Shown: piece by piece, positions 50,224 to 61,366 of the stretch
Numbering within the stretch: position 1 is the stretch's first letter
How the letters are laid out: every line of letters starts with the position of its first letter
Assembly: GCF_000189555.1 (NCBI RefSeq)
Contig: NC_017276.1
DNA from: Saccharolobus islandicus REY15A
GTDB lineage: Archaea > Thermoproteota > Thermoprotei_A > Sulfolobales > Sulfolobaceae
Reading direction: 5' to 3' (one strand)
Length of the DNA stretch: 64,000 nt
Notes under the pieces: generated by a model
What the model saw: the letters and a program-made list of their open reading frames with translations, nothing else
Databases searched by the model: none
What the model was told of the DNA's origin: nothing
Made by a program: the position numbers and the translations under genes

Positions 50224-52856
50224 ATAAGAAAATAATAGCCTATTTCCACGACCCTCCTTGGAAGGCATGGGTAATTACAAGGAATATTAGGGAAGGTCAC
50301 GAAAAGCAGGCAATAGAATTATTAAAAAAGCTAGGAATAGAGATAAACGAAATACCTCCAGAAATTAAAGCTGCAGACAAATTATCTTCAACAATAGATA
50401 GGTGGATTATCAACATATTATACTCTGATAACGCCAAGGGATATCAAGCCGGAGTAAATAAAGTAATGTTCAAGCTAAATATATTCTCTCCATCAAAAAG
50501 ATTTAAATTGTATAGAACCCAAATATCTGAGCAAGAAGTAGAGAATTATGAGAATAAACTTGTAAATATTATAAATAATGAAAAGGAAGAATTAAAATAC
50601 CACTTAATTTATTTCTTATCCCCACTGCTTTGGTATGATTACTTCCCAAATACTCCACCATTAGCAGATACTAGAGTTCCTACTCACACAATATTCGACC
50701 ATGCAACTGCTACTGCTGCAATGTTAAATATAATAGATTGTGAAGGCGACATGTTAAAGTTTAAGGGTTCTGTAGCAGTTTTAGAATTTCCATCTATACA
50801 AGAATTCATATCCATAAGTAGAAAAAGCAGGGATTTATGGGCTTCCAGTTGGCTACCTTCAGCATTATTGTGGAAATCCATAGAAGAATTCATAGAAAAA
50901 TACGGGCCTGATGTAGCTTTAAGGCCGGAATTGAGTTTAAATCACTTCTTTATTGCTTGGCTTTATAATAAAGTTCAAAATAGTAAATCTGAGGTTAAAA
51001 AATATGCAGAAAAGTATGCAGGATTAAAAGATGATCCTAGGATATCAATGATGAGTGAAAAGGTAATATTACTATTGCCGGAAGATGATACAAATAAGAT
51101 AAAGGATAGGCTCAGAGAGAACTTTTACAAGGCGTGGAAAAGCATTGCAGAAGAGGCAATAGGCGAATGGGAAAAATTAGGTGAATATATTAGGAAAGCT
51201 ATTGAAAATCCTCCAGTAAATCCTGTAATTAACGTAGTGAATGTAAATGATATATTTAAAGAATATGCGCAAAAAGTAGGACTTAAAGAAGTAAAGTGTA
51301 AAGAAGGAACATTTCCGTTAGAATATTCCCTATTCTTTGAATATTTGTACAGAAGAGCTATAGAATACAATAAAGTGAAATATTCTTACGGAAGTCTAAT
51401 AAGCGACGTTATTACTAAAGTAACAGCACGACCATATAAGGTGTGCACAGTTTGCGGTATTTTGCCTTCAATACTATATTATCACAGTAACGATAAAATA
51501 GATGATAAAGAAAACGACGCAGAGGATAATTTATGCCCATACTGTGCAATCAAACGCGAATTGAAAGGAGTTAAACTACTTAATGTCCTAGAAAAACTGG
51601 GCATAAAAGTTTCAGGAATAAAATACAGATTTCCTTCAACGTCTGAATTAGCAATGGCCGACTTTGCAGAACATTATGTAAAAACGTTGAAAAGCTTGCC
51701 TGAGGTTGAAGAAGAAGTATTAGGCGGTAATATTGATGCTGTGTTCAAAAACCCTACAGCCGCAGAAAACTATTGCAAGTGTTATGCCGGCGTAAAGTCG
51801 GCCTGTAATATCAGTGACGAAAAATTACTGAAGAACTACGGTAACTTATATTATGCAATTATTAAGGCAGACGGAGACTATATGGGCAAGGGATTTTGGA
51901 GTGGTATATTACCAGGCAAGAAAGATCATATAACAATCAAGGAATACATGGAAGAGATAACGAATTACCTAAAAGAAATAGGGGCAAATAACGATTTAGT
52001 TCAAAGTATAGTTAATAGTTCGTCTAAAGTAGAGGAAACTCTCATTGATATAAGGAAAAAGTTATATCCTAATCAGAAAATATATGATCAAATTCCACTT
52101 ACTTTAGCGTACGCATATACGTTATCGAGATCTTTAACCGTTCAGGCTGTAATTGATAATAAAATATTACGCGATAATAATGCTGTAGCTATATATTTGG
52201 GTGGTGACGACATATTGGCGTTATCGCCTATAAAGTTTAACGAAAAGTACGTAGTTTTAGATTCTGTAACTCAAACTAGAGAATCTTATTGGAGATTCGC
52301 CGATAACTCTAATAATAAATTTGACGGATTTAAGTCATATGCAGGAATGGTGGTAGAGTCTTTAAGAGCTTACGGTAGGAGTTACTCCGTATTTATAGCA
52401 CATTATAAAGATCCACTCTCAATATACATATCAATATCAAATTACTTACTTGAGCTAAAAGACGGAGTTGAAGGAAAAGACGTTATCTTTATATCTTCTG
52501 GCAGGGGAATTTCTAACTTTGACTACAGTATACTAAAATTCAGTAAGAGCGGGGAATATGACGACAGCCAAATAAAAATGGTAGGAAAAATCCTCGAATT
52601 GATGGAGAATAAAAAGAAGATAAGCAATAGTTTCATTTACGATGCCATCAGTATAAGTGAATACAAAGGAGAAAAAGAGGTCTTCAAACGTTTAGTTTAT
52701 AAAGTAATTGATAGGAACACAAGCGATGAGGAAGTCACAAAAGGCCTTTATAATGAGCTAAATAACATGATAGGAAATTGCGTATGTAATGGTGATGCTT
52801 GTGAGAATAAAGAAACGTTCCTTAGTATAATTTACGCAGTATCTTACTTAAGGTGA
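50208..52856 (+). CDS. cas10: Cas10/Cmr2 with HD and Palm (GGDD) domains
   Basis: YFHDPPWK, CTVCG...CPYC zinc finger, KADGD, YLGGDD. Confidence 0.95.
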   Translation: MSEFLNKKIIAYFHDPPWKAWVITRNIREGHEKQAIELLKKLGIEINEIPPEIKAADKLSSTIDRWIINILYSDNAKGYQAGVNKVMFKLNIFSPSKRFKLYRTQISEQEVENYENKLVNIINNEKEELKYHLIYFLSPLLWYDYFPNTPPLADTRVPTHTIFDHATATAAMLNIIDCEGDMLKFKGSVAVLEFPSIQEFISISRKSRDLWASSWLPSALLWKSIEEFIEKYGPDVALRPELSLNHFFIAWLYNKVQNSKSEVKKYAEKYAGLKDDPRISMMSEKVILLLPEDDTNKIKDRLRENFYKAWKSIAEEAIGEWEKLGEYIRKAIENPPVNPVINVVNVNDIFKEYAQKVGLKEVKCKEGTFPLEYSLFFEYLYRRAIEYNKVKYSYGSLISDVITKVTARPYKVCTVCGILPSILYYHSNDKIDDKENDAEDNLCPYCAIKRELKGVKLLNVLEKLGIKVSGIKYRFPSTSELAMADFAEHYVKTLKSLPEVEEEVLGGNIDAVFKNPTAAENYCKCYAGVKSACNISDEKLLKNYGNLYYAIIKADGDYMGKGFWSGILPGKKDHITIKEYMEEITNYLKEIGANNDLVQSIVNSSSKVEETLIDIRKKLYPNQKIYDQIPLTLAYAYTLSRSLTVQAVIDNKILRDNNAVAIYLGGDDILALSPIKFNEKYVVLDSVTQTRESYWRFADNSNNKFDGFKSYAGMVVESLRAYGRSYSVFIAHYKDPLSIYISISNYLLELKDGVEGKDVIFISSGRGISNFDYSILKFSKSGEYDDSQIKMVGKILELMENKKKISNSFIYDAISISEYKGEKEVFKRLVYKVIDRNTSDEEVTKGLYNELNNMIGNCVCNGDACENKETFLSIIYAVSYLR

Positions 52857-52862
52857 GCAAAC

Positions 52863-53681
52863 ATGTATTTGCTAATAAAACCTTTAGGTTCGGTAGTATT
52901 CAAGTGGGGAGGATATAACTCCATATTATTGGGAGGAGCTATAAATAGTGGCTATTTTGAACCATTACCTATGCCATCAACAATTTACGGACTTTTAAAA
53001 TATGCATATATAGTTACCAAATTAGGTAATGAGGCGCCTAAATTCAAAGGACCACTATTATACGCTAAAAGTAAGAAAAAGCAAGCAATCTGCGTTCACG
53101 CATATCCTCTAGGACTAAAGTGCAATATTGAAGGAGAAGAGAAGGATATTAAAGTTGAAGAGGAAGATTTTGAAAGAAGAATAGGAATAGCAATAAATAG
53201 AGAAACTAAGATGACTAAGGAAGGCTATATTTATATGGAGAAAATGCTCGATTTGTATAAATTGTCTAAAAGAATATTGAATGAAAATGGAGAGACGTTT
53301 AAAGAAGAACCAGAGAAATATGGGATTCTAATAGAAACTGATGATGAAAATGCTAAAAAATTAGACGGGCTAGTAGCACCGTTTGGAGGAGAATCAAGGC
53401 CTGCAAAAATAAGTGTTGAGGAAATAAGTTTTAGAAAAATAGGTAAGAAACTGTTAGCTTCGCCCGCAATAATTGATAATGGAGACGATAATCACGTAGA
53501 ATGGGGAAACCAAAAAGCTAGTATTTCGGCTAAGAAAATAATTTATAGGTTAATCTCCTTAGGTTTTGAGTTTGACAAGAGGCTGGAAATCAGACTATCC
53601 CTAATGCCTACTGTAGAAGTCTCAAAGGATTCAATAGGCTATTTCACAGACAAAGGTTGGGGTTCTGTAGTCGAAATTTAA
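52863..53681 (+). CDS. cmr3: Cmr3 (Cas5-group RAMP)
   Basis: PMPSTIYG, RIGIAINRETK, FGGESR, GWG. Confidence 0.9.
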   Translation: MYLLIKPLGSVVFKWGGYNSILLGGAINSGYFEPLPMPSTIYGLLKYAYIVTKLGNEAPKFKGPLLYAKSKKKQAICVHAYPLGLKCNIEGEEKDIKVEEEDFERRIGIAINRETKMTKEGYIYMEKMLDLYKLSKRILNENGETFKEEPEKYGILIETDDENAKKLDGLVAPFGGESRPAKISVEEISFRKIGKKLLASPAIIDNGDDNHVEWGNQKASISAKKIIYRLISLGFEFDKRLEIRLSLMPTVEVSKDSIGYFTDKGWGSVVEI

Positions 53682-53827
53682 CTTACTTGAGATAACATGC
53701 TTTTTCATTAGGCAATCTCATACGTTCATGTTTTTGTATATATTTCTAAAATTTTTGAAAATATTCGTAGTGCTAAGTTATTAAATACAATATACAATAT
53801 TAAATAAAGTTAGCTTAAGGGAGCTTT

Positions 53828-54561
53828 GAGTGTGTCCAACAATTTCATTCACCTTGTTGTAAGAGGTTGTATAAGGTGAAGAACGCCTTAACCCACCTCA
53901 GTATTGTAGCCTTACTGGCATTGTGTGGGAAGTGTTTGTCCATACTTGCAAGCCTTAACTTTAAACTTCTGAACATTTGTTCAACTAGGTTTCTCTTGCC
54001 AAAAGTCTCGTGTTCATGGTTAACGCCGAGTGTTGAAAGTATATTATACCAAGGTCCGCCGTCGTGAAGTATCTCCCTAACCTCTTCCACCCTTATTCCA
54101 CCACCCTCCAGTAAGAGTATAACGTCTAGCCCGCTCCTAGTTTATGAAAGCCTAACTGCAACCACTTTCCCCGTGTTCAAATCCCTCACAACCCACAACC
54201 AGTAAAGTAAACCATTCACTACTCTAATCCTAGTCTCGTCAACTGCATAATAACCGCTACACGAGGGGGGAGAAGAGTAATTAGCTAACTTCCTCCAATA
54301 ATACTGGACAGTATTTCTAGGGACGTGAAACAAGGCTTCAACCCTCCTCAAAGAAAGACCCAAGTAGTAGGCTGATAATGCTTTAGCAACCTCATCAATA
54401 GTGTGAAAACGTGGAGAAAGGTTTAAAGCTGAAAAAACAGAACTTAACATTAGGGCGGTGAGGTGCCTTAATTTGGTCTTGCTAATCATGGTTCCTCAAT
54501 AATACAACCTCACCGCCCTACAAATGTTTTATACAAAAAACAAAAATTGTTGGACACACTC
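53828..54561 (-). mobile_element. IS6-family element, 734 bp, with a nonsense mutation in the transposase
   Basis: TIR pair; GGGAGCTTT duplicated on both sides; TAA at 54142 where the other copy has GAA. Confidence 0.92.
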
Positions 54562-54732
54562 GGGAGCTTTAATAAATTCCAATAAATAGACAAGGTACTG
54601 AGTTTTCTAATTGGATTCAATCCTTTTGGGATGCAACTGGAAATTACCATATACCTTCAATAGAAAGCATTTCAAAATAGCCAAAAAGTAAATAGTTACG
54701 ATTTCCAAATTTGATTTTGAGAGCTATAGTGT

Positions 54733-55926
54733 TCATAATTTAATTAAGAAGAAAGGAATTTCATCTTTATCAAGTATTATTACGTCCTTAGGGTAAGACT
54801 TATGACTTCTCTTCTTTTTTACTTCTATTTTATAATTTTTAGTTACCACGTCAATTTCTTCAGAATTCTTATAGTAAAATACTTCTCCTCCTTCCTTTCT
54901 CATTAAATGCTCTTGTACTACACTCTCTAGGAGAGCGGACTCATCAAACTCCTTATTTACCCAGAGAGACATTGACCTTAAAATGAAAGGGTCTCTGAAG
55001 AATATCTTCTTTTCCTTCCTCTTTATTACTTCTTCTCCTCTTTTTAAATATGCAATACCTATGATGAAGATATCTTTCAAAAACTCCAAGTATTCAGAGA
55101 CCGTATTGTGAGATACTCCTAGATCTGAGGCTATTGAATTAAAAGACATTGCCGAAGGTATTTTATCTACAATGGAATAAATTAAGTTCTGCACGATTTC
55201 GGCACTCATCTTTGCTTTATAAACTTCCGATAGTACTCCTTGTATAAGTGCTTGAGAACTGTCGGGGTTATTATTTATTGACTTTGGAAACCCACCTACT
55301 TTTAAGTAATCCTCAAATAGCGACAATGTAAGTGAAGTATCAAAGAGCAATTCCTCCTTAGTTTTGCCCGATTTAATTTGAGCGAATTCCGGGAAAGACA
55401 AAGGCATTACTTGAACGTCTTTCCCTTTTCCCCTCCTTCCAGGGAACTTTTCCGGAATTTTAGTAAGCCTGAGAGTAGAAGAACCGCTCACAGTAATTAC
55501 GACGTTTTTGAATTCTCCGCTATCTATAAAGTACTTTACAATCCTCCACCATTCGTCTATTGATGTAACCTCATCTAAGAATAAGTAGGCCTTTTCGTTA
55601 TTCCTTTTCTTCATTTCCTTAATTACCTCTTCTACTATTTTTCTAAATTCCTGCAATGAGGCCACGTAATCTAAATCAATGTAATATATTGAAAGTGGGT
55701 CTACACTGCGGTTTATTAATTCTCTTATCAGAAGCTTTAAACCCGTAGTCTTTCCGACCTGCCTTGTTCCGTAAACGAAGTTAAGGCTGAACGGCTCCAA
55801 ACTGAGTTCGTTTATCCAGTTAGGTACCCATTTAATTCCCTGGGAATACCACTCCCTCAAGTGTTTATCTTTACTCTCCCAATTGCTGAAAAACCACCAC
55901 GGATTGATATTATTAAACACTTCCAC
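54733..55926 (-). CDS. AAA_14/DUF4143 ATPase
   Basis: YGTRQVGKTT Walker A, FLDEVT Walker B, SGSS, GGFP, KIFFRDP. Confidence 0.87.
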   Translation of the reverse strand: MEVFNNINPWWFFSNWESKDKHLREWYSQGIKWVPNWINELSLEPFSLNFVYGTRQVGKTTGLKLLIRELINRSVDPLSIYYIDLDYVASLQEFRKIVEEVIKEMKKRNNEKAYLFLDEVTSIDEWWRIVKYFIDSGEFKNVVITVSGSSTLRLTKIPEKFPGRRGKGKDVQVMPLSFPEFAQIKSGKTKEELLFDTSLTLSLFEDYLKVGGFPKSINNNPDSSQALIQGVLSEVYKAKMSAEIVQNLIYSIVDKIPSAMSFNSIASDLGVSHNTVSEYLEFLKDIFIIGIAYLKRGEEVIKRKEKKIFFRDPFILRSMSLWVNKEFDESALLESVVQEHLMRKEGGEVFYYKNSEEIDVVTKNYKIEVKKKRSHKSYPKDVIILDKDEIPFFLIKL

Positions 55927-56104
55927 ATTGATATTCTGCTGACAAGAGATTTATAAGCTTTTGTCAGTTGAATGACAACACTGTAAATTGATAATAAATT
56001 AACAGATTTTTTAACAATGATTCTTTATTATTATTCTCTCCCATTTTATTATTACTAGCTTACTCTTCAGCAACAAGATCCTAGGAGTGTTAAATCCGCT
56101 CGGT

Positions 56105-56361
56105 CTAACGAACTACCTTGTAGAGCGAGTCAATCAAGCTGTACTTATCTTCTTCCTTCCTAACTAATCTAGAATCTACCAATTTTTTCAATGCATTATT
56201 AAATACGGAGTCCTCAATTTTAGTTTTACCTAAGCCCTCTGTAAGTTTCTTTAAGTCGCTCCATTCAATCTCTTCAACTAGGCTCAAGGCCTTTATTATT
56301 CTCCTTTGGGTTTCACTAAGCTGTTTTAACTCTTCCTTAATTACGTTTTTAGCTATATCGA
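56105..56361 (-). pseudogene. C-terminal winged-helix fragment of an archaeal ATPase, cut by IS630
   Basis: LSETQRRIIKAL...WSDLK...NNALKKLVDSRLV; the listed start lies inside the IS. Confidence 0.65.
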
Positions 56362-57394
56362 TAGTATTTCCGAAAAGTTTATAGCCTAGTATTACCAAAT
56401 TGAATTATGCAAGATTTAGTTAAAGCTTACGAGGAAGAGAAGGACGCGAGAATTAAGGAGAGGATTCTTGCAGTAAAGATGCACATAGTTGACGGTATGA
56501 AGGAGATAGAAGTTGCAAGAGTCTTGAATAAGGGATACTCAACAGTGAGACTATGGATAAACAAGTACAAGAAAGAAGGTCTTGACGGACTAAGAGACAA
56601 ACCTAGATCAGGAAGACCGAGAAAAGCTGAGAAAGAAAAAATAAAACAAATACTAGAAGACCAGCCTCAAAAATACGGAATACAAGAAGAGTACTGGACA
56701 ATGAGAACACTAAAAATAGCACTACTACAACAAGGAATAGAGTACAAGAAATCCAGGCTATACGAGATAGTTCACGAACTAGGATACAATCTAGTAAAAC
56801 CTAGGCCTACTAACGTTCAAGCAAGAAAGGACATGTGGGAAGACTTTAAAAAAAATAAAGAAGTTGGAAGAAGAGGCTCTCTTCTTTCCAGACGAGAGTA
56901 GGGCAGTAATTAGCACGTCGATCCGGAAGGTTTTAAGATTGGTAGTAAGCCCGTAATGCACGTCAATATAGGTTTTTCTTCGATCTATGTCATTCTTGCT
57001 GTAAACGCTTGGACTGGTGAAGTAGTTGTTTCTCTTGTTAGGAGGCCTAATTCTGAGTCTGTTAAGTACTTCTTGAGGTACTTTAAGAGACGTTTTGGTA
57101 GTGGAAGGGTCTACATGGTTAATTATTCTCCTCATAAGACTAGGCTTGAGGTTTGTCGTAGGAAGGGCATTCATCCCATATTTACTCCTCCTTATTCGCC
57201 CGAGCTTAACATGGCCGAGGCAGTCTTCAAGTCCCTCAAGGACTACATGAGTAATAAAATATTTTATACGATAGAAGACGTTAAAAACTGTATTAAGCAG
57301 TTCTTTGAGGAAAATAAGTATAAGTTTAATCTTAATGCAATAACATACTTAGAATTAGATAAAATTGAGGTCTAAGAACTTCCCGGAAATACTA
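56362..57394 (+). mobile_element. IS630-family element (ISC1048-like), second copy with small deletions
   Basis: Same ends and ORF1 as 15497..16542; A8 slippery run near 56848. Confidence 0.88.
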
Positions 57395-57653
57395 GTAAAA
57401 AGGCGTTTCTGAGGGTCTGAACTAGGCTGTACTCTATATAAAGAATTATTTAATAAGTTTGTAACTTAATGACGACCTGCCCCCCACATTAAATTTTGGT
57501 AAACATCTGCTACAGCTTACTTAAGAGGGATTAAAAGTGATTAAAAAATAACGAATAGTTACGGTAAAAGAGTTACAAACTAAAGATTTATTACTTAACG
57601 CTTCATCGTATCTGAATTATCGAAATTAATAAATAATACCGAAAATGAAATAG

Positions 57654-58178
57654 ATGTGTGTGGAGAAGGATCTTTATAAAGTTAATAAGGAATACGTTGA
57701 GGCTAGAGTAATTGAAAGTTTATCAGACTTGCTTATTTCTCTCAATTTATGGAAGGAAGGTTATACTAGGAACTCTGCGGGTAAAGCGTTTAGCGCGGTA
57801 AAAGCGTTATTAAGTGCATTAATAGTCACTAATCATGTCAAGTTGTTAGAAATTGCCAAAGACGTCAAAGAGAGAGAATGGCTTAAGAAAAAAGCTCACA
57901 TTGTCCCTACTCATAGTATGTACGCTTTAGCACAGATGCTGAAAGATATAGGAATTGATGTTACAAATGTTGTTAACTATGCCTTAGACCTTCATGACTA
58001 CCAATATAATGGGTTTGAGCCGGGGTTTAGTAAATACAGTAGGAAGGAGGACGTTTTTAGAGATTTAATAACGGTAGTTAAGGAAACTAAGATATTAATT
58101 AGCACATACTTTCCGAGTCTCGAATTGAAGGAAATATCAGAAAAAATTGATGAGATATTTAAGGAATTGATAAAATAA
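57654..58178 (+). CDS. PaREP1-family HEPN-like protein
   Basis: RNSAGKAFSAVKALLSAL and LDLHDYQYNG. Confidence 0.75.
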   Translation: MCVEKDLYKVNKEYVEARVIESLSDLLISLNLWKEGYTRNSAGKAFSAVKALLSALIVTNHVKLLEIAKDVKEREWLKKKAHIVPTHSMYALAQMLKDIGIDVTNVVNYALDLHDYQYNGFEPGFSKYSRKEDVFRDLITVVKETKILISTYFPSLELKEISEKIDEIFKELIK

Positions 58179-58200
58179 TAGGTAGTGTAATTACTGAGCT

Positions 58201-58240
58201 GTGAACTACCACGTCCTAACGGACGTGGCTTCCTGCTTCA
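58201..58240 (-). mobile_element. 40-bp right-end remnant of an IS200/IS605 element
   Basis: Minus strand reads GAAGCAGGAAGCCACGTCCGTTAGGACGTGGTAGTTCAC (hairpin plus TTCAC). Confidence 0.75.
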
Positions 58241-58928
58241 CGGTAGACCCAAAATCATATTAGAAAAAATATTTCTGGTAGGATAATATCGAATTGATAA
58301 AAGATAAAGAAATTTATAAGAGTATAAAGAATTCAATTGAAGAAAGGGTTTAAGGTGAGGGAGATGGCGTATTACCACGTGACATAGGAAGATGGTAACA
58401 CCAGGTCTCCCTCACCAAAATTCAACAAATAGGATATAAATTACTTTCCATGTTGAACTTCCAAGGGGAAAAGGTAGAGGAGGTAGCGAAAACTCTCATC
58501 TCCGCGTGTTTGTGGAACGATTCAGTAGAGAACAAGTCCAGAGCGTATGACGTATCCCCACAGACCGTGAGGAATTACGTAGAGAAACAAGGGATGGAAG
58601 TGACTGAAAAGCTATTGGAAAGAGCTAGGAAAATATCCTTGGAGATATTAAAGGGAGTGAATGAGATAGATCTTTCAATAGACTGGACAACCAAGACATG
58701 GTACGGGAAACCAGTGAAAGGGCTCGGGAGCTCTGAAAAAGGAAACTCGTGGAACTACGCAACTGCAACAACCAAGTATAAGGGGAAAGTGCTTTTACTT
58801 GCCTTTATTCCGCAAGTGAACGGTATGACTAAGGACGAGATAGTGAAGGCTCTTGTTGAACAAGTAATGGCAATGGGATTCAAGATAAGGTTGATAACTC
58901 TTGACGCTGGTTTCTATACTGTTGACGT
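58241..58928 (+). mobile_element. ISH3-family element, 5' half (second copy)
   Basis: Near-identical to 44699 onward; interrupted at ACGT, 3' half lost. Confidence 0.88.
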
Positions 58929-60156
58929 GAGAGTGTCCGGAATGTAAAAAACTGAATTTTAATTTTTGAGAATAAATTGATTCTTAGCATTATCTTGGAT
59001 TAAATTGTAGTAATACTTAAGTTATGGGAGGAGAGAGTAGTACCATGGCACGTACACTAAGACGCATCCCAAACTTAGTGTACTATTCTCTCCCCCCAAG
59101 AGAGGATATGCCGTGGAGGGAAAAATGGTTAACGGATATCAAACCCGTCCTAGACACCCTAGATCTAGAAAGAGTTCTAGGAGAAGGCACTCTGATTTAC
59201 CTGAAGTTACTAATCGTCATGGTACTCTACTCCTGTTCCTATAGAGACGCGGTAAAGATGGTCAACGTGAACGTCGTTGTGGCGTGGTTCGTTGGGAGGA
59301 AAGTGGGCAAGAGCACATTACACGATTTCGTGGGAAGAGTATACGAAGTGAGGAAGAAGTTGCTGGAAATTTCCTTCAAGCTTGAGGAGAAGTGCCTACC
59401 CAGTTACCTCCCTGCCAGTGCCCACTTCCTGGACTTCATTGCGTGGCTCGTTGACTCCTTCCTTCTAGACTTACCTTTTGGGAAGAGGAGCGTGGAGACC
59501 TTCCGAGAGAAGGCAGAGCTGGAGAAGAAGGAAGGTAACTTGAAGAAGGCCAAGAAGCTGCTCTCCTTGGGGAGAACTAAGAGGAGATTCAAGGGGAAGT
59601 GGACCAAGAAGAGGGGAGTCTCTCACTTCGGGCTGAAGGCCCTAATAGTTATCTCCACTTCCCTCTTCGTAAGGTCCATCACGGTGAAACCTGCCAACTT
59701 CTCGGATAAGAGATTTAAGTCCCCGCTCAAGGGGATTAAGATAGCTGATAGGGGTTTCTCGCCCTCCCCAACCCAGCTCATAGCTATGGAGAAACCTTTC
59801 ACGACTCTGAGGGCCCACGTGGAGTTCTTCGGTACCTTCCTGTACAAGTTCTGGAGGCCCTATGGGACCACGGTGTGGAGGAACGAAGCCTTCCTCCACG
59901 TCCTGGGAGTCTTCTACAATATCAGGATGTTCCTAGCCGTCCAACGGAGAACCCCTCCAGGACGTCGAATAGTTCAACTCTAAGAAACGTCATCACGCAC
60001 TCAAGCATCACCATGCATGACAAATAAATCTTCTTAACTTGATATTTTTCCATGATCAAGTTTTTCCAGATTAACCAGGTTTTATACTTCTGATAATATT
60101 AATATTTATCATTCCATTTATATATTCATTCAGATAATTACATTCCGGACATTCTC
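58929..60156 (+). mobile_element. IS5-like element (ISC1234-like, 1228 bp)
   Basis: TIR GAGAGTGTCCGGAATGTAA (18/19 match) with ACGT duplicated. Confidence 0.82.
59024..59983 (+). CDS. DDE transposase of the 1228-bp element
   Basis: LVDS, IADRGF and VEFFG as candidate DDE residues. Confidence 0.78.
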   Translation: MGGESSTMARTLRRIPNLVYYSLPPREDMPWREKWLTDIKPVLDTLDLERVLGEGTLIYLKLLIVMVLYSCSYRDAVKMVNVNVVVAWFVGRKVGKSTLHDFVGRVYEVRKKLLEISFKLEEKCLPSYLPASAHFLDFIAWLVDSFLLDLPFGKRSVETFREKAELEKKEGNLKKAKKLLSLGRTKRRFKGKWTKKRGVSHFGLKALIVISTSLFVRSITVKPANFSDKRFKSPLKGIKIADRGFSPSPTQLIAMEKPFTTLRAHVEFFGTFLYKFWRPYGTTVWRNEAFLHVLGVFYNIRMFLAVQRRTPPGRRIVQL

Positions 60157-60327
60157 ACGTGCTTGGGGATCTTGAGGAAGGTATAAGCATGGAAAAATTT
60201 TTCTCATATTTAATTAATTATCTGTTAACAAGTTTTATCTCACAATAATACAAGCTTTTCTTAACGAAGCCCGTTACAGTTATTATGAAAAAAAGATATA
60301 TGAGTTATATTTCAAATATTTAGCTTA

Positions 60328-60714
60328 ATGAACTATAAAGAATGGATAGAGCAAGCTTTGGAAGATCTCGACACTGCAAAACTTCTTTTAACTAATGGGA
60401 AATATTACGCTTCTGCCTTCTATTCTCAGCAAGCAGTAGAGAAATCATTAAAGTCCCTTATAATTTATCTTGGAAAAGATCCTGGTAAGACGCATTCACT
60501 TACTGAACTTATTGAAATGGTAGAGAAGGAAGGAGTGACTATGCCAATAAATATTAAAGAGAATCTGATGGTTCTTTCACCCCATTTCATAATTTCAAGA
60601 TATCCAGACGCTGCAAACGGAGTTCCCTTTAAGCAGTATAGTAAATCAATTTCTGAGGACCTTTATAATAGAGCAAAAGAGGTGATTGAATGGGTAAAGG
60701 AAAATCTGCAATAG
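60328..60714 (+). CDS. HEPN domain protein (putative toxin)
   Basis: A..DL..A.....G.Y...FYSQQAVEKSLK, KTHSL, SRYPD. Confidence 0.86.
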   Translation: MNYKEWIEQALEDLDTAKLLLTNGKYYASAFYSQQAVEKSLKSLIIYLGKDPGKTHSLTELIEMVEKEGVTMPINIKENLMVLSPHFIISRYPDAANGVPFKQYSKSISEDLYNRAKEVIEWVKENLQ

Positions 60715-61034
60715 AGAGCCAAATGAAGTTAATAAATCTAGTAAAGGAAATAGTGGAAGAAATAGCTAAGGACTTCCAGCAGTTAGACGAAGTTTATATC
60801 TTTGGCTCTAGAGCTAAAGGAAATTATTTAGATACTAGTGATATAGATGTTATCTTCGTTTTCAAGGGCATAAAGGAAATGAACGTATTTGATAGGATGT
60901 ATATGGTAAGTAAATACATAAAAGGAAATATAGATTATATAGTATTAAACGAGGACGAAAAGGATAGAATAAGAGAGAAGAAATTATTTTGGAAGAGGAA
61001 TAAGGGATTTGTAGATATAAAGGAATTTCTATAA
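60690..61034 (+). CDS. Minimal nucleotidyltransferase (MNT; putative antitoxin)
   Basis: FGSRAKG...SDIDV; overlaps the HEPN gene. Confidence 0.86.
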   Translation: MGKGKSAIESQMKLINLVKEIVEEIAKDFQQLDEVYIFGSRAKGNYLDTSDIDVIFVFKGIKEMNVFDRMYMVSKYIKGNIDYIVLNEDEKDRIREKKLFWKRNKGFVDIKEFL

Positions 61035-61044
61035 TTCAACTCTA

Positions 61045-61188
61045 CTTTACTTTCTAACATTAGAGAAGGAGACATAGTTATCGACGCGGGGGCAAACATA
61101 GGCTTATTTTCCATCTTAGCCTCTTTTAAGGATAAAGGGAGGGTTATAGCTATAGAACCAGAACCAAATAATCTTAATGCGAAATGTG
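61045..61188 (+). pseudogene. ~145-bp fragment of the FkbM gene at 3687-3850
   Basis: Near-identical DNA with two small deletions. Confidence 0.85.
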
Positions 61189-61366
61189 GAATTAATAGTG
61201 TTTACCCGTGGCGTAACTTTTCCTTACTTTTAATTACTTCTAATTCCGCCACGGGCACCTATATAAACATAACTTGTCAAAACGATATTTAGAAGCGATT
61301 AAAAATAATCAATGAGTTACGTGTAAATGTCAACTCTAAAGCCCAAACCCTATGGCTATGGCGATA

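Noticed and set aside
56840-56860. A8 frameshift in IS630 as a novelty
   Set aside because: Split ORFs with slippery A-runs are established for IS630 elements.
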